Positions 62,021-64,000 of a DNA stretch of 64,000 nucleotides are shown here, one piece after another (the first letter of the stretch is position 1; each line of letters starts with the position of its first letter). The DNA is from an uncultured Nitrospiraceae bacterium. Its GTDB lineage: Bacteria > Nitrospirota > Thermodesulfovibrionia > Thermodesulfovibrionales > Dissulfurispiraceae. Both the position numbers and the translations under genes were made by a program. Where the stretch lies: NCBI GenBank assembly GCA_963727805.1, contig CAVSHF010000003.1, forward strand, positions 96,001 to 160,000. Reading direction: 5' to 3'. The notes below the pieces were generated by a model. The model was not told the origin of the DNA. It was given only the letters and a program-made list of their open reading frames with translations, and did no database searches.

Positions 62021-63133
62021 ATGAATAATAAAGCTGCGGATGATCTTATCAGCATTGCCGGCCGGTTTACGACAATCGGTACAGTCACAGCCGTTCAGTC
62101 CTTCGGGAACGGCAATATCAACGACACGTTCCTCGTGACACTCGATTCCGGAAAAGAACGACGCTTTATTCTCCAGCGCCTCAATACACGTGTTTTCAAC
62201 CGTCCAGAGCTGGTTATGCAAAACATACGCACTGCCACCGAACATATCCATACGCGGTTGTTGAGTGTTCTACTGGACGAGGGCCGACGCTGGAAGACTC
62301 CATGCGTGCTTCTTTCCCGTGACGGGCAAGACAACTGGATCGACGCACAAGGCTCGTTCTGGCGTGCAATCAGTTTTATAGAGGACTCTGAGACATTCGA
62401 TACCATCCAGAGCATATCGCATGCGGAGGAGGTTGGGTTTGCGCTCGGGATGTTTCATAAACTCGTCAGCGACCTGCCGTCCGAAATGCTTTCAGATACG
62501 CTGGAAGGGTTCCACATTGCGCCCCGCTATCTCTTGCACTTTGACGAAGTCTTGAGAGGAAATCAGCCTGGCAGTTCGCTGGAAATAGGATATTGCCTTC
62601 AGTTCATCGACAAGTGGCGGTTACGCGCGGACGTGCTCGAAGAGGCAAAAGCACGCGGCGATCTTCGCATCCTAACAATGCACGGCGATCCCAAGATCAA
62701 CAATGTTATGATAGACACCGCAACGCAGCAGGCCGTCGGTATGGTCGATCTCGATACAGTCAAGCCCGGACTCGTACATTATGACATCGGCGACTGTCTC
62801 CGTTCCGCGTGCAATCCTCTGGGTGAGGAGATCGAGCACTGGGAGACGGTCCGCTTCGAGCCTGATCTCTGCCGGGCCATTCTGCGCGGTTATCTCCCCC
62901 AGGCACGAAGCTTTCTCGCGGCAGATGACTATGAATATCTGTTTGATGCGGTCCGCCTCATCGCATTCGAGCTCGGCCTGCGCTTCTTCACTGACTATCT
63001 GGAAGGCGATGTCTATTTCAAGTCGAGGTACGAAGGTCAAAATCTGCTAAGGGCACTCATTCAGTTCAGGCTTGCCGAGAGCATCGAATCGCAGGAGACA
63101 GCCATCCGCGCCATCATCAGCGAATTTAGATGA
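62021..63133 (+). CDS. APH-superfamily phosphotransferase (N-acetylhexosamine kinase-like)
   Basis: GNGNINDT, ILQRLN, HGDPKINN, DLDTV, ELGLRFFTDYL. Confidence 0.88.
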   Translation: MNNKAADDLISIAGRFTTIGTVTAVQSFGNGNINDTFLVTLDSGKERRFILQRLNTRVFNRPELVMQNIRTATEHIHTRLLSVLLDEGRRWKTPCVLLSRDGQDNWIDAQGSFWRAISFIEDSETFDTIQSISHAEEVGFALGMFHKLVSDLPSEMLSDTLEGFHIAPRYLLHFDEVLRGNQPGSSLEIGYCLQFIDKWRLRADVLEEAKARGDLRILTMHGDPKINNVMIDTATQQAVGMVDLDTVKPGLVHYDIGDCLRSACNPLGEEIEHWETVRFEPDLCRAILRGYLPQARSFLAADDYEYLFDAVRLIAFELGLRFFTDYLEGDVYFKSRYEGQNLLRALIQFRLAESIESQETAIRAIISEFR

Positions 63134-63566
63134 ATCAACTGACCTCTTCCCGCAGATATTCCTCTCGGATCTTCCCGTCCCCTGTATATTGGACAGACAA
63201 TAAAAGGCAATGCATTTTGCCATCGACTTCGGATGTTATGAGCGTATTATGCAGCTACAGGTGATTGCTTGAGAGAAGAGAGTTTCAATATGATATCGAA
63301 AAACTTGATTCCGATCCCCATTGTGTGAGAATTGCCCATTATATTTCTAGCCCTTTCTATAATGGAATGATTCCCCTCGCAAGGTCGCTTTTCATTTTCA
63401 AGAAAACCTATAACGTATTAGGTGAGATGAGAAGTATATTCCTTTATTCGATTGTCTCAATTAATGTGACAGAGAGGTGACTCAATTTTCCCGTAATAGC
63501 AAATTGCTTGGGAGGGGGTATCGCTGATATGGTTTATGTTCGATAAACTCCTGTGTCTAGGTCAGC

Positions 63567-64000
63567 CTATCGGTGATTCTGCATACGTTTTAATTGCACA
63601 GAGGCGGTATTCATAGCCTGTTTTGTATCTGCGTCAACAGGGATAAAGGCGATTAGACTCTGCCACGTAGAAATGGCATCCTGAAGAAAACCACTTCTAT
63701 ATTCCTGGAGCCCCTTTTTAAACAATTGACTTCTGCACTCTTGAATCCTCTCCCGCAAATATTCTCTATTAAAGGGTAGTTGCTGGGGGATGTCTTTAAA
63801 GTATTTATAGTTGCGGAGAAGAACCGCGTAACTTTTTCCTGCAATGGAATAATCATTACTCGCAAAGGCCCTGTCGGCGGCATTTATTATGGTACGAATG
63901 GTCTTGACGTACTGATCGAGGAGACTCTTTTTTGTTTGGTGTTTATGGTAAGTGTTTCTGTAAAGATCTAACGCGTTCTGATAATCACCCTTGGCCATAA
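63567..64000 (-). CDS. TPR-like helical protein (probably 5'-truncated by window edge)
   Basis: Helical repeats, GLQEYRSG..AISTW. Confidence 0.7.
   Translation of the reverse strand, partial: MAKGDYQNALDLYRNTYHKHQTKKSLLDQYVKTIRTIINAADRAFASNDYSIAGKSYAVLLRNYKYFKDIPQQLPFNREYLRERIQECRSQLFKKGLQEYRSGFLQDAISTWQSLIAFIPVDADTKQAMNTASVQLKRMQNHR

Noticed and set aside
1..64000. CRISPR array, tRNA, rRNA, integron attC array
   Set aside because: No regularly spaced repeats, cloverleaf, or attC core pattern recognised by eye.

Overview
A 64-kb accessory-rich bacterial region, probably from an anaerobic, selenocysteine-using Desulfobacterota- or Nitrospirota-like organism (taxonomy inferred from gene content only). 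It opens with the mercury-methylation pair hgcA (5'-truncated by the window) and hgcB. It carries three intact-looking IS elements whose ends and target duplications can be read directly (IS1380, IS3, IS1182). The IS1182 sits inside a 180-bp IS200/IS605-type miniature element. Other content: a MacAB/TolC-type efflux operon, a Liv-type ABC transporter + LarA-family racemase + MOFRL glycerate kinase operon facing a beta-hydroxyacid dehydrogenase, several housekeeping-type singletons, and many decayed gene fragments. The main items missed by the ORF track are: a 71-aa glutaredoxin-like protein with two in-frame UGA codons, each followed by a SECIS-like hairpin; an in-frame KCC-UGA-RVGNIMKCC-stop tail after hgcB; a candidate ~150-nt structured RNA; and several dispersed repeats. 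All family assignments come from motif recognition by eye, and no searches or folding programs were run.
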